From the NCBI GenBank assembly GCA_000002445.1, contig CP000068.1, forward strand, positions 64,001 through 128,000: a stretch of 64,000 bases of DNA, read 5' to 3'. The translations under genes and the position numbers were made by a program. Below are positions 35,117 to 46,902 of the stretch, piece after piece (the stretch's first letter is position 1; every line of letters begins with the position of its first letter). Under the pieces are notes generated by a model. It was not told the DNA's origin, ran no database searches, and saw only the letters and a list, made by a program, of their open reading frames with translations. The stretch is from Trypanosoma brucei. Taxonomy: Eukaryota.

Positions 35117-38100
35117 ATGGTTCGTTTTGTGAAATCGCATCCTTTTGGGCGAAAGAATAGCCAAGGTTGTTTACTTACCAGTGAAGGGTTAGTTATACGT
35201 GGTGTATGTGCTCATTTACTTTTATCGATCGTTTTTTGTTGTTGTTCGTTCGTTTTAATTTGTTGATTTCATTTCTAAGGGAATGTTGTTTTGCGAGGTC
35301 CAACCACAATTATGGTTACTATGCTTTTTAAATAAAGTTATCGGGGTACGCATACATACATACATGTGCGTGCGTGTGCAAAAATGGTCCTTCCCTTGGG
35401 GAAAATATCACAGGGCGCATCAGCTTCCTACGAAGGGAGGGGCACCGTCCTCGCAGGCGCGTGATTTGGGTACTATGCTTGGTTTAAGGGGGAAGATATG
35501 TGAAAGCGCGCTTGTACATATGTCTGTATGTTTAACAGCTCAGCGGAGGTCAGGAGGGAGGTTGTTGGTTGCCTTTTAAACGTAACGATAGGAAATGAAA
35601 TGCAAGGCGCACCACCCATGGGCACGGAACTCACATTCAGCAGGTTTCTTCCGACCTCCGTGTTTGTTGTCTTGTGCGCGCATGATTCCTGCAATCATAT
35701 GCGCACGGTGCCCACATTTCTGTCAGAACTGTCTTGTGACTTTCTCACACCCTATACGTCGCAGGTGTGTCCCATTAAGTGAAGTTTCTTTTATATATTT
35801 TTTTTTTTTTAAAAAGCTAAAAGTACGTTGAGATGGCAGTTACCCTCATGTATCGGCAGCAAATGCCTCAGATGTCGACGGCCACCATCACCGCGGCCAC
35901 TGAGGGAGGCATTATCGGCTACGGCACCCATCAGAGCCAAGACGGAGATATGTGTGACCACCTCTGGGGTCCCTGAAGCTCTGAAAAGCGGGAAATAAAG
36001 GGCCTCCATGGGCTGAAGGGTGACAATCGCCTCAATTTTGAGTTGCAGCAACTGTACAGAAATATCACAGTGCCGCGGGCGTCTGTCGGAAGCCAAGCGA
36101 AGGACGGTGACAAGGGCCCACAAATGGGGAAACGGTGGCGCCCACTCCCGTGTTTATGCCAAAAACAGCGACAGCAGCAGCAGCAACTGTAGCGCTGTTA
36201 TCGCTGACGAGTGGCGGACGTAACGAAAGTTACCTTTCACTTTAACAAGGGTGAAGGCGATTCATTAGAGCTTAGCTGCCGGTTTTGAACACGAGGAAAA
36301 TGTGTAGTTGGACCGACTGAACGGGTAAAGGGGCGACTGCGCTGTGTTAAGCACCTGAGGACCATTGTCTGTTTAAGGGCGTGGAGCCGTGTTCGGGAGC
36401 GCCGGGTGTGGCTATCTTAGTGGGAGTTTTCAAAAAAAAAAAAAAGAGCGTTGGTCTTGTGAAGATAGCGGGCCATGTAGAGTGCGACTTGAACGGCGAG
36501 CGCGGTGGGGAAATAGGTAGCAACTGCAAACCACGCGCGGAGCCACGTTTTGCGCCCTGTGGACCCGCCTACAATTAAGGCAGTAGCGAACGGACACGCG
36601 GAGTTACGCCTGGCACGCAAATGAGTTGTGCGGCACAAGCCTCATGAGCTGAAGCGGCGCCCCACAGAAAGAAAATGGGAGCTGAAGGAACGAGAAGTGA
36701 CCGCACCGGCGCGCAACGGAACTGCTTGAGGCACCGGTGGAGAATTCCCTTTTCAGACATTACCCCCGCGGGTTTTGCTGTGGAGGTGGAAGCGAGACGC
36801 TATTCAAAGAGGGCCGCTGCCGCCATCGGCTGCAGCACCCCCTCGTCCGTATTGAAAATGGGAACGGTGGAATCGTTTCCCAAAATGGGGTGAGCAAACT
36901 CAAGTAATTTCTTTTGTGCACCACGGCTAAAAAAAAAATGTGGGAATAGCGCAGCTTGCGTTCTGCAGACGAAGCCTCGGTAGAATTCGCCTTTGCCGCT
37001 ACACTCGGAACACGCCCAACGTAGCGGCTAGAAAGGATAGGCCGGGGTGCAATTCACCTCTTGTCTCGTTGCAAACGCAAATTTTATGCATCCACCGAAC
37101 GATTTTGCCATCTGCCAGAGTTGAGAAGGCAGCAGGCCCCCGTCCCTTCCTCGACTAAGCAAACATAAGGGCAGTATGGAATGTTACCCCTCTTGTGACG
37201 CGTTGGGACTGGCAATTCCATAAATTCCTTTTTCCCTCACCACACGAAGTAGTTCGCAACTTTTGGACCAGTAGGGTGTAATGCATTTGGGCCGCTTCCG
37301 CACCATGGATATTCGGGAAGCGCAGCTATGAACAGTTTTGCTGCGGCGCAAGTGCGGATGTCCCTCTTTAACGACGCACGACCCCAACCCACCATAAATA
37401 TCAAAACCCCGTCGATCGACAACCCCAAAGTTCTCAACATTAGGTATGAGCAACTTCCCTCAATCACCGAACGCGACAGCATCACGAGATGGAAACGTTT
37501 CGTTGTGGCACGTCTCCTTCCTTTTTGACAATTACCAAGCAACCAAACGGCCAAATGCAAGGGATAAACCGGCGACGGTTGTTGAGTGTGTCTGCCGTTA
37601 TTGTTGTTATCTTTTTTGTTCCGACCTTGCACTGAATTGAGTTGTGTGGCAAAGCTCCCTCCGGCACTCTCCTGCACATTTGCGGCTCCTAAGACTTAGA
37701 AGCCCCATTAAGGGAAGGGGAAAACTCCAGAGACTGTTCAGTGGAAATGAAGGCGCTCCTCTTCCTTTCATCGAGGTGTGATTGAGGAAAATATTGGTTT
37801 CAGGAGTTATAACTTTCTGGTGGGTTTAAAAACTGCACCATTTTCCCAGTGATGTCAATGCTACACTTTCCAGAGAGTATCAACTCCCGCCCCATCTAAA
37901 GGAGAAAAGAAAAAAGAAGGGCACAAGCGCCTCCGTTGCGTTTGTGATGGTGTGTAAAATTCCAGGGGCCCATTTTATTAACTCATGTGGAGTCGATTCA
38001 AATTCAATAGTTCCCCATTTTCGCTAAGGCATCGGAGCCCTACCCGAATATTCTCAGGCAATTTCACTTGGGAGAGGAATGACTTTAGATCAAACAATTC

Positions 38101-40474
38101 CACCGACTGGTCATGGAGAGTATTTAAATACTGGGAAAAGTGACCCAATGGGAAATATGCCTCATAATCATCCCTGCTCTTTTTAGCCTTTGGTCATGCA
38201 ATAAACCAACGCCCTCTTACAATTCTATGTTTCCTCAATCACAAAGAGTGGCACACAACCCATCCTGTCATATGTCTCTTTGAAACTGTGCTAATGATAC
38301 GCGGCTGCTTCATTATTTGGGCATCCTTTTCTACAATGGGCAATTCAGATTTCCCTGTTTGATACTTTCTCTCTTTCCACATCATCTGTGCTATTCATAA
38401 TGCTCCAAACCTCATCAAATCGCTTACTCGCTGCTTGCATCATCCTCTGTCGTATCCACGAAAAGGAAATCATTCTCACATTCATTTCCTATTGGAGAGG
38501 TGAAGTCTTTTCCTCATCCCGTGAGGTCACCTTTGTTTTCCCTTGTGAGTGTCAAGGAATGCTGTGCCATCGATAATTTGGAAAGGTATTCCCTGTTATA
38601 AATCTCGTCTTCCCTCACACTGAGGCTGCACATTCCTCCCAATTGTATCTTACATCAAAGACAACAAAAAGAATCGACTTGCTTACGGAAGCTGTCACAC
38701 ATCTGAGATACCACACTGTGCTTCGTTGGAGTTCCATTGTGTAGATGTGCTTTCCCAATTGTATTAATAATATGTTGTCAATGTCGTGCTTCCATTGCAA
38801 CTACTGCCGCTGCGCGTGTCAGAAGTGATCTTCTCTTTATGGGATGTTCTATCATTACGTATGGTCTTTTCAGTATGGTGTCATTTTCCGCTTTGTGGTA
38901 ATGGCTATGAACTTCTTCCCCTTTCCTCCAGAGGTTCCTCCCTATGACTTTTCTCACACTGGTAATATCCTTTTCCCAGTTGATAATTATGCATCGTGCG
39001 ACTCTGTGGGTATCGCTTTTGAATTTCTTTGGAAGGTTCCCTCCAAAAAAATTCCACTATTGAGGCTTGCTTTTCGTATGAGTGTGGTATAACATTTTCC
39101 TTTTTTGGGAGCTGTATAATTTCTTTTCCTCCAATGCTGGCTAATTCAGTCCATTGATATTGCAACTGGATACCACTCTGGACGGAGCTTCCCGCAAGAT
39201 ATTATCGAATCCCCATTACAACATGTGTTGTGTTTGTTTGATGGGTTCATCTGTTACCGCATTGTAAAGACGGACCCAAAAACAACATCCGCGTCGGTGT
39301 GTCCAATAGAAATGATGGAAGAGCTCTCCTGTACTGAAATGGCAATGCTTTTTGCGAGTCGTAAACTTACAACAACAAATAAAAGTGCAGTTACATCCTA
39401 TGCTGGCATGCGGTAACGATTTTCCGCCAATGCATAAAAACTCCACATGACGAATTCCCTATTGCCCACATGTTTTAGTCCTCAGTCACACTCACTTTGC
39501 TATTCTATTGGCTCCTAAAACCAATGCCATGATGTACGGATGGCTTTGTGTGTGGTAACTGCAATAATGATAATAATAACTCCTTTCACCAATGAGTATA
39601 TTTTTTGGTTGTAAAAGTGCTCTTGGTGTCACTCCATTTTTCTTTTTTTTAATCCTCAGCTACTGAGGGGCTGTTGTATTTTTTATTAAAGAGTGATGCA
39701 CCGTTTTATTCCCCATCCCTTTTAGGTGACTTCCTCCTGCACAGTTTTTAATTTTTCATTGTAGAATGTTTCTCAAGGTGTTTCCTTTGTGAAGCTTTGG
39801 TCATGCTATTATTAAAGACCACTCAACTCCCTGCTTTCGGGACCTGCTGTTGCATTTATTCCCCTTTAGTTGCTGCAAATTTGTTTATTTGACAAATTGT
39901 ACTGCAATACTTCACTTGAACATATGTGTAACAACGTGTCTCGTTGCTTTGTAAAAATTCAAAAAGAACACATCAGGTGATATTCTTCTGTTCCTACTTC
40001 GTACATTCACATCTCTTCCCGTCAGTTCGGAAACTCCCACACAAACTCACCACTCTGTGAAGATTTGTAGTTTCCGTTAGTGATGGACGTACTCAAGTGG
40101 ACATGTTTGGCGCCTAAAAACTTACTTTCGAAGTTTACACTTTCTTGCAGACAGCTTCAGTCCGAGAGCAAAATGATAGTTAAACATCAACACAAAACGT
40201 AAATCCAAACTCCCATTGACGAGAGCCTTTAAAATAAATACAAAAATGTTCACCCTGCACGTTACGCCCGAAAGTACCTTATAAAAATAACATTAAGCAA
40301 GCATCAACAATTTGAATGGAGCCACAAGGACAATTAATGGCGTATAATATTTCCACTAAACCTTGCGTGGAAACCGTTAAATTGCATCAAGCACCTAATT
40401 TCAATTCCAGTTCCAAAATCATACACACATGTATCTATGTCTGTTCCTTCGTGTTCGGGCACCTGTGATAGTGT
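35117..40474. other. Convergent intergenic gap between the plus-strand gene (ends 35116) and ISG75 copy A (minus strand, 3' end at 40475). It is a candidate transcription-termination / convergent strand-switch region.
   Basis: Orientation converges, and there are no convincing ORFs. Confidence 0.3.
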
Positions 40475-42043
40475 TTAAATATCACTGTCGAAACCTGCTG
40501 CGGTCTTCGTATTTTTGCTTTTAGCATTAGCCTCCTCTATGTTTATATCATCCTTCACCTCAGCCTTCCTACGGCCCCTAATAACAAAGAACACAAGCAA
40601 CCCAAGCAACAGCAAAAGCAAAGGAATTAAAAATATTAACACTTTCGTTGTCCCAATCCAGCCACTCTTGGCCTCGCTGCCCTCATCATCATGGTCAGCG
40701 TTTACGTCGTCCTCTTCACCACTTTCTTTCGACTCCTCTTTCAATTCCTCAGCCAATTTTTCTACATCCTTCTTCAGTTTCTCTTCAGATTCCTCGGCGC
40801 CCTCCTTGTCCCACCGCGCAACTTCTGCATCTTCGGTGGCTTTGACGCGCTCCTCCTCCGCTTCCTCAAATGCCTTTCTCGAATCTTTCACCTGCTTTTC
40901 TGCAGCCTTTTCAGTTGCCTCAGCTTCCTCAACAGCCTCCAGCAACATCTTTTTCTTTTCTTCACTCACCGGCTGACCCGCCTCCTTTGCCTTCTCAGCC
41001 TTCTCAGCTTCCAAGCGCCTGGCCTCCGCCTGTTCCTCAGCAGCCACTCGTCTCGCCTCAGCCTCCTCCAAAGCCTTTCTCGCTTCCTCAGCAGCCTTCT
41101 CAGCAGCCTGGCGTTTCGCCTCCTCCTCCGCCGCCCGCGCCTCTGCTGCTTTTTTCCATTCCAGATACTGTGCAAGAGACTCCCTTCCAATCTGTTGAAA
41201 TCTCTGAGCATAGTGAGTCACCCCCAAGGAATTGCGGACTAGAGTTTCAAGTTTGAGTATCGCATACCTTGCTGCATCGTAGTCCCACCGCCAACTTTCA
41301 AGCAGCGTGCATGGTTTATCGGAGGAGGACGCACTTCTTGACGAATGGCCGCTGCTGCACTCAACAGCATCCCTTGCATCAGCCTTGGGCTTTGCTCGAT
41401 TCCATGCCTCGACTGCCCCCTCCATGTTGGAGAAGGTCACATCAGTTTTTGCAGCCGGAATAGACTTGTACTCGCAATATATAACGTATGCGCGAGCGTC
41501 ATCATGTCCAAAATTTCGATGATAGTCATGTTTATACGCACTGGGATCGCAGTTTGCGTTAGCCATATGGTCAAACGAATCACGGATTGCTTCCTTGTTT
41601 ATACAGTGCCATTTTAGCAACTCCTTGAGAACTTTGCTCGAGTTCGCTGCAGCCCTCTTCGCCTTCTCCCATGCCTCCTCAACGCTCCTTTTCGTTCGGT
41701 TCGCTACACGTTGGACACCACGCATCTGATCCAACATCTTTTGTCCCAGCGCCGCCCTCATATCATCATGCTCTGACACTTTCTGAAAAATTTCTCTCGC
41801 GACCTTCAAATATTTCCAGGATTGCCTCTCTAGAAAGTCTGCTCTATCAGCAACACCGTCAAGCAACTTTTTCATGGTACACAGTGTCAACACAGCTTCA
41901 CCATCAAGTTTCCGCCCATTTATTGTTACATACTGCTTATATGCGACAGGTAAGTTGCTTGCCTTGGACACATCGAGCGCACATATGCCGCAGAGGAGAA
42001 ATACTGTTGCAGTAGTGCGTAATGTAACAGGCATCGTTGACAT
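40475..42043 (-). CDS. ISG75: Invariant surface glycoprotein ISG75-type, copy A (522 aa). It has a signal peptide, a cysteine-containing variable ectodomain, an E/A/K/R-rich coiled-coil stalk, a transmembrane helix and a lysine-containing cytoplasmic tail (RGRRKAEVKDDINIEEANAKSKNTKTAAGFDSDI).
   Basis: I base the family call on length (~523 aa), type-I topology, the coiled-coil stalk and the Lys-containing tail, all of which match my recollection of ISG75. The gene occurs in a multicopy array. Confidence 0.8.
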   Translation of the reverse strand: MSTMPVTLRTTATVFLLCGICALDVSKASNLPVAYKQYVTINGRKLDGEAVLTLCTMKKLLDGVADRADFLERQSWKYLKVAREIFQKVSEHDDMRAALGQKMLDQMRGVQRVANRTKRSVEEAWEKAKRAAANSSKVLKELLKWHCINKEAIRDSFDHMANANCDPSAYKHDYHRNFGHDDARAYVIYCEYKSIPAAKTDVTFSNMEGAVEAWNRAKPKADARDAVECSSGHSSRSASSSDKPCTLLESWRWDYDAARYAILKLETLVRNSLGVTHYAQRFQQIGRESLAQYLEWKKAAEARAAEEEAKRQAAEKAAEEARKALEEAEARRVAAEEQAEARRLEAEKAEKAKEAGQPVSEEKKKMLLEAVEEAEATEKAAEKQVKDSRKAFEEAEEERVKATEDAEVARWDKEGAEESEEKLKKDVEKLAEELKEESKESGEEDDVNADHDDEGSEAKSGWIGTTKVLIFLIPLLLLLLGLLVFFVIRGRRKAEVKDDINIEEANAKSKNTKTAAGFDSDI

Positions 42044-42633
42044 CCGTTAAAACTTATCTGTCACCCTCCTCTGATCACCACTTCCTCAGCTTGTCAGTCT
42101 CAACCTCACGTTACCTTGGCCGTAGAAATATGCAATCAACTACAGTCAAATATCCAAGAGAAAATAAGAAAGGGAAGGGAATCGATAGAAACGACCAAAG
42201 AGTAAAAATATGCGCGATTGAGCAAAGGAAATAATATGCGTATCCAATAGCGGATTTGTTGCAGTTCACCCGAACATGGACAACCTCCACGGCAGTCTTT
42301 CATTACACCCTTCATAGTAGCGCAAGGAATGTATGAATACCCTTAACACATGAAATAAGCAATACGTATGAAAAAAGGCATCAGCACTGGTATCCGCAGC
42401 TACCAATGCGGCCCTACCTCAAACCGGTAGTATGTGGGAAAAGGGTAATAACCTTGAGATGAGCTGCAAGGAACTGGTCAGACCGAAACATTACAAGCAA
42501 CGGTATAAAAAGCAAGAAACGAAAACATATAAAAAGCACCCTTATATCACTTATAGCAACCGATTTCAATTCCAAAATCATACACACAAATGCCTATACC
42601 TGTTCCTTCGTGTTCGGGCACCTGTGATAGTGT
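42044..42633 (-). repeat. Conserved ISG75 intergenic/5'-flank repeat (~590 bp) carrying the polypyrimidine tract and 5'UTR. Copies lie at 42044-42633, 44206-44801, 46374-46790, 48562-48850 (partial), 57149-57423 (partial, plus orientation) and 58993-59582 (plus orientation).
   Basis: The copies are near-identical. For example 42037-42240 vs 44199-44400 vs 46367-46570 vs 48561-48760 match the reverse complement of 57230-57430 and 59390-59590. Confidence 0.85.
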
Positions 42634-44205
42634 TTAAATATCACTGTCAAGACCTGCTGCGGTCTTCGTATTTTTGCTTTTAGCATTAGCTTCCCCTATG
42701 TTTATATCATCCTTCACCTCAGCCTTCCTACGGCCCCTAATAACAAAGAACACAAGCAACCCAAGCAACAGCAAAAGCAAAGGAATTAAAAATATTAACA
42801 CTTTCGTTGTCCCAATCCAGCCACTTTTGGCCTCGCTGCCCTCATCATCATGGTCAGCATTTACGTCGTCCCCTTCACCACTTTCTTTCGACTCCTCTTT
42901 CAATTCCTCAGCCAATTTTTCTACATCCTTCTTCAGTTTCTCTTCAGATTCCTCGGCGTCCTTCTTTTCCTCTTTTGCAGCCTCTGCATCTTCGGTGGCT
43001 TTGACGCGCTCCTCCTCCGCTTCCTCAAATGCCTTTCTCGAATCTTTTGCCTGCTTTTCTGCGGCCTTTTCAGTTGCCTCAGCTTCCTCAACAGCCTCCA
43101 GCAACATCTTTTTCTTTTCTTCACTCACCGGCTGACCCGCCTCCTTTGCCTTCTCAGCCTTCTCAGCTTCCAAGCGCCTGGCCTCCGCCTGTTCCTCAGC
43201 GGCCACTCGTCTCGCCTCAGCCTCCTCCAAAGCCTTTCTCGCTTCCTCAGCAGCCTTCTCAGCAGCCTGGCGTTTCGCCTCCTCCTCCGCCGCCCGCGCC
43301 TCTGCTGCTTTCCTTCTCTCCTCATGCTGTGCAAGAGACTCTTTGTAACCCTCTAGCACTTTCTTAGAGTAGTGAAAAACCCTTAAAGCTAGGGTCGCAT
43401 CCTTCTCGACCTTCGATATTAAATGTGCCGTTACTCTGTAGTTCCAAAGCCAGTTCTCCAGCACTGTGCATGGTCGTCCAGCGGGAGCTGCTTGGTGAGC
43501 GGGTGCGCCTGCTCCACATATCATAACACGAGCGGAGTACGGTTTGGGTTTTACCTGGTTCCATATTTCGAGTGCCCTCTCCATGTTGGAGAACGTCGTT
43601 TGTGTAATGACGCTGTCCACTACTTTGTAGTTGCATAAAATGCTGTATTTATGGGGATCAAGCCTCGAATGTTCATAGTAGTAGTCTCGCTTGTACGCGT
43701 TGGGTAAGCAGTTCTCATTTCGACCGTAGCCAGGAAGGACGTCATGACTCGCCGTCCTGTCAACACAATGCCACGTCAGCACTTGGTCGAGAGCTGCACT
43801 TGCATTTGCCGCCGCTGCCTTAGCCCGCTCTCCTGTGCCCCCCATGTACTTGATTATGCCATTGCCCAGCGATTTCATGTACTGTATTTCCCGAAGCTTA
43901 TTTGAAGGGAATGATAACTCCATTCCCTTGTCATCCGATATTTTACGAAAATTCGCATTCGCATTGTTGACATACATATACGCCTGCTGTTCAAACATGT
44001 CAACCCTGGAGTTCACGCCGTCAAGCATCTTCTTCATTTCGCACAGTGTCGTAGCCCCTTGTCCATCAAGTTGCCGAGCACCTGCTGTTACATATTGTTT
44101 TTGTGCAACAGAGAGCTCCTCCGCCCAAGTCACATCGAGCGCACATATGCCGCAGAGGAGAAATACTGTTGCAGTAGTGCGTAATGTAACAGGCATCGTT
44201 GACAT
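42634..44205 (-). CDS. ISG75: ISG75-type, copy B (523 aa). Its N-terminal domain differs in type from copy A; its C-terminal half is near-identical.
   Basis: As for copy A. Confidence 0.8.
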   Translation of the reverse strand: MSTMPVTLRTTATVFLLCGICALDVTWAEELSVAQKQYVTAGARQLDGQGATTLCEMKKMLDGVNSRVDMFEQQAYMYVNNANANFRKISDDKGMELSFPSNKLREIQYMKSLGNGIIKYMGGTGERAKAAAANASAALDQVLTWHCVDRTASHDVLPGYGRNENCLPNAYKRDYYYEHSRLDPHKYSILCNYKVVDSVITQTTFSNMERALEIWNQVKPKPYSARVMICGAGAPAHQAAPAGRPCTVLENWLWNYRVTAHLISKVEKDATLALRVFHYSKKVLEGYKESLAQHEERRKAAEARAAEEEAKRQAAEKAAEEARKALEEAEARRVAAEEQAEARRLEAEKAEKAKEAGQPVSEEKKKMLLEAVEEAEATEKAAEKQAKDSRKAFEEAEEERVKATEDAEAAKEEKKDAEESEEKLKKDVEKLAEELKEESKESGEGDDVNADHDDEGSEAKSGWIGTTKVLIFLIPLLLLLLGLLVFFVIRGRRKAEVKDDINIGEANAKSKNTKTAAGLDSDI

Positions 44206-44801
44206 CCGTTAAAACTTATCTGTCACCCTCCTCTGATCACCACTTCCTCAGCTTGTCAGTCTCAACCTCACGTTACCTTGGCCGTAGAAATATGCAATCA
44301 ACTACAGTCAAATATCCAAGAGAAAATAAGAAAGGGAAGGGAATCGATAGAAACGACCAAAGAGTAAAAATATGCGCAATTGAGCAAAGGAAATAATATG
44401 CGTATCCAATAGCGGATTTGTTGCAGTTCACCCGAACATGGACAACCTCCACGGCAGTCTTTCATTACACCCTTCATAGTAGCGCAAGGAATGTATGAAT
44501 ACCCTTAACACATGAAATAAGCAATACGTATGAAAAAAGGCATCAGCACTGGTATCCGCAGCTACCAATGCGGCCCTACCTCAAACCGGTAGTATGTGGG
44601 AAAAGGGTAATAACCTTGAGATGAGCTGCAAGGAACTGGTCAGACCGAAACATTACAAGCAACGGTATAAAAAGCAAGAAACGAAAACATATAAAAAGCA
44701 CCCTTATATCACTTATAGCAACCGATTTCAATTCCAGTTCCAAAATCATACACACAAATGCCTATGTCTGTTCCTTCGTGTTCGGGCACAAGAGAAGGTG
44801 G

Positions 44802-46373
44802 TTAAATATCACTGTCAAGACCTGCTGCGGTCTTCGTATTTTTGCTTTTAGCACCGCCTTCCTCTATGTTTATATCATCCTTCACCTCAGCCTTCCTACG
44901 GCCCCTAATAACAAAGAACACAAGCAACCCAAGCAACAGCAAAAGCAAAGGAATTAAAAATACTAACACTTTCGTTGTCCCAATCCAGCCACTCTTGGCC
45001 TCGCTGCCCTCATCATCATGGTCAGCATTTACGTCGTCCTCTTCACCACTTTCTTTCGACTCCTCTTTCAATTCCTCCGCCAATTTTTCTACATCCTTCT
45101 TCAGTTCCTCTTCGGACCGTCCGATGGTATCCCTGTTCTGCTTTGCAGCCTCTGCATCTTCGGTGGCTTTGACGCGCTCCTCCTCCGCTTCCTCAAATGC
45201 CTTTCTCGAATCTTTTGCCTGCTTTTCTGCAGCCTTTTCAGTTGCCTCAGCTTTCTCAACAGCCTCCAGCAACATCTTTTTCTTTTCTTCACTCACCGGC
45301 TGACCCGCCTCCTTTGCCTTCTCAGCCTTCTCAGCTTCCAAGCGCCTGGCCTCCGCCTGTTCCTCAGCGGCCACTCGTCTCGCCTCAGCCTCCTCAAATG
45401 CCTTTCTCGCTTCCTCAGCAGCCTTCTCAGCAGCCTGGCGTTTCGCCTCCTCCTCCGCCGCCCGCGCCTCTGCTGCTTTCCTTCTCTCCTCATGCTGTGC
45501 AAGAGACTCCTTCGAACTTTCTAGGATTTTCTCAGAGTAGCGGTATACGAATAGAGCAACATCCAAATCCCTGTGGAGCCGCGCTATCAAGTGGGTTGCC
45601 ACTTCGTAGCTCCGCATCCAGTTCTCCAGCACTGTGCATGGTCGCCCTGGTGGAGCTGCTTGGTGAACGGGTGCGCCCGCTCCACATATCATAACACGCA
45701 TATGGTACGGCTTGGGCTTTACCTGGTTCCATATTTCGAGTGCCCTCTCCATGTTGGAGAACGTCGTTTGAGTAGTGGTGCTACTGACCACTTTGTAGTT
45801 GCATAAAATGCTGTATTTATGGGGATCAAGCCTCGAATGTTCATAGTAGTAGTCTCGCTTATACGCGTTAGGTTCACAATTTGCATTTGGAGTAGAACTG
45901 TATGAGGACTCGCGACTCTCCGTCCTGTCAACACAATGCCATTTTAGCACCTCATCGAGAGCTGCGCTTGCATTTGCCGCCGCCTTTTTAGCCCTTCCTT
46001 CGGTTGCATTCATGAGATATGCGATGTCGTCAAGCCTCGTCTTCATGTACTGCATTTGCTGATGTTGATCTCCAGATAGCGATGCTGCCATTACCTTGTC
46101 ATCCGATATTTTACGAAAATTCGCATTCGCATTGTTGACATACATATAGATTTGTTGTTCAAATGTGTCAACCCTGGAGTTCACACCGTCAAGCAACTTT
46201 TTCATGGTACACAGTGTCGCCGCAGCTTCACCATCAAGTTGCCGCCCATGTGCTGTCACATACTGTTTTTGCGCAACAGAGAGCTCCTCCGCCCAAGTCA
46301 CATCGAGCGCACATATGCCGCAGAGGAGAAATACTGTTGCAGTAGTGCATAATGTAACAGGCATCGTTGACAT
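44802..46373 (-). CDS. ISG75: ISG75-type, copy C (523 aa)
   Basis: As for copy A. Confidence 0.8.
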   Translation of the reverse strand: MSTMPVTLCTTATVFLLCGICALDVTWAEELSVAQKQYVTAHGRQLDGEAAATLCTMKKLLDGVNSRVDTFEQQIYMYVNNANANFRKISDDKVMAASLSGDQHQQMQYMKTRLDDIAYLMNATEGRAKKAAANASAALDEVLKWHCVDRTESRESSYSSTPNANCEPNAYKRDYYYEHSRLDPHKYSILCNYKVVSSTTTQTTFSNMERALEIWNQVKPKPYHMRVMICGAGAPVHQAAPPGRPCTVLENWMRSYEVATHLIARLHRDLDVALFVYRYSEKILESSKESLAQHEERRKAAEARAAEEEAKRQAAEKAAEEARKAFEEAEARRVAAEEQAEARRLEAEKAEKAKEAGQPVSEEKKKMLLEAVEKAEATEKAAEKQAKDSRKAFEEAEEERVKATEDAEAAKQNRDTIGRSEEELKKDVEKLAEELKEESKESGEEDDVNADHDDEGSEAKSGWIGTTKVLVFLIPLLLLLLGLLVFFVIRGRRKAEVKDDINIEEGGAKSKNTKTAAGLDSDI

Positions 46374-46902
46374 CCGTTAAAACTTATCTGTCACCCTCCT
46401 CTGATCACCACTTCCTCAGCTTGTCAGTCTCAACCTCACGTTACCTTGGCCGTAGAAATATGCAATCAACTACAGTCAAATATCCAAGAGAAAATAAGAA
46501 AGGGAAGGGAATCGATAGAAACGACCAAAGAGTAAAAATATGCGCGATTGAGCAAAGGAAATAATATGCGTATCCAATAGCGGATTTGTTGCAGTTCACC
46601 CGAACATGGACAACCTCCACGGCGGTCTTTCATTACACCCTTCATAGTAGCGCAAGGAATGTATGAATACCCTTAACACATGAAATAAGCAATACGTATG
46701 AAAAAAGGCATCAGCACTGGTATCCGCAGCTACCAATGCGGCCCTACCTCAAACCGGTAGTATGTGGGAAAAGGGTTGTAGTTGTAAAGTTTTCTGTAAA
46801 ATTCCTGAAATGTGACAAAAGATTGTGAAAAGACGAAACCGGCAGCAGATGGGGGAAGGGGGAAGGGAGCGGCGTTGTCAAGTGCGACGAAGATTTTTTA
46901 CG

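Larger units (their letters stand above)
40245..44801. repeat. Left arm of a large inverted repeat (ISG75 copies A and B plus flanks). It is the reverse complement of 57149-61395, and its outer boundary is sharp at about 40245.
   Basis: The 3' flank 40249-40474 is the reverse complement of 61152-61395, the genes and flank repeats are collinear in reverse, and homology stops abruptly outside both ends. Confidence 0.75.

Noticed and set aside
40515-41256. Long antisense or overlapping ORFs (153-197 aa) inside every ISG75 copy, such as 40691-41242, 42850-43356, 45197-45694, 58270-58776 and 60163-60756. They have Ser/Leu/Pro/Arg-rich low-complexity translations.
   Set aside because: They arise from alternative frames and the opposite strand of the GAG/GCC/AAG-rich coiled-coil coding repeats. 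There are no independent start or processing signals, and the same artefact recurs in each copy.
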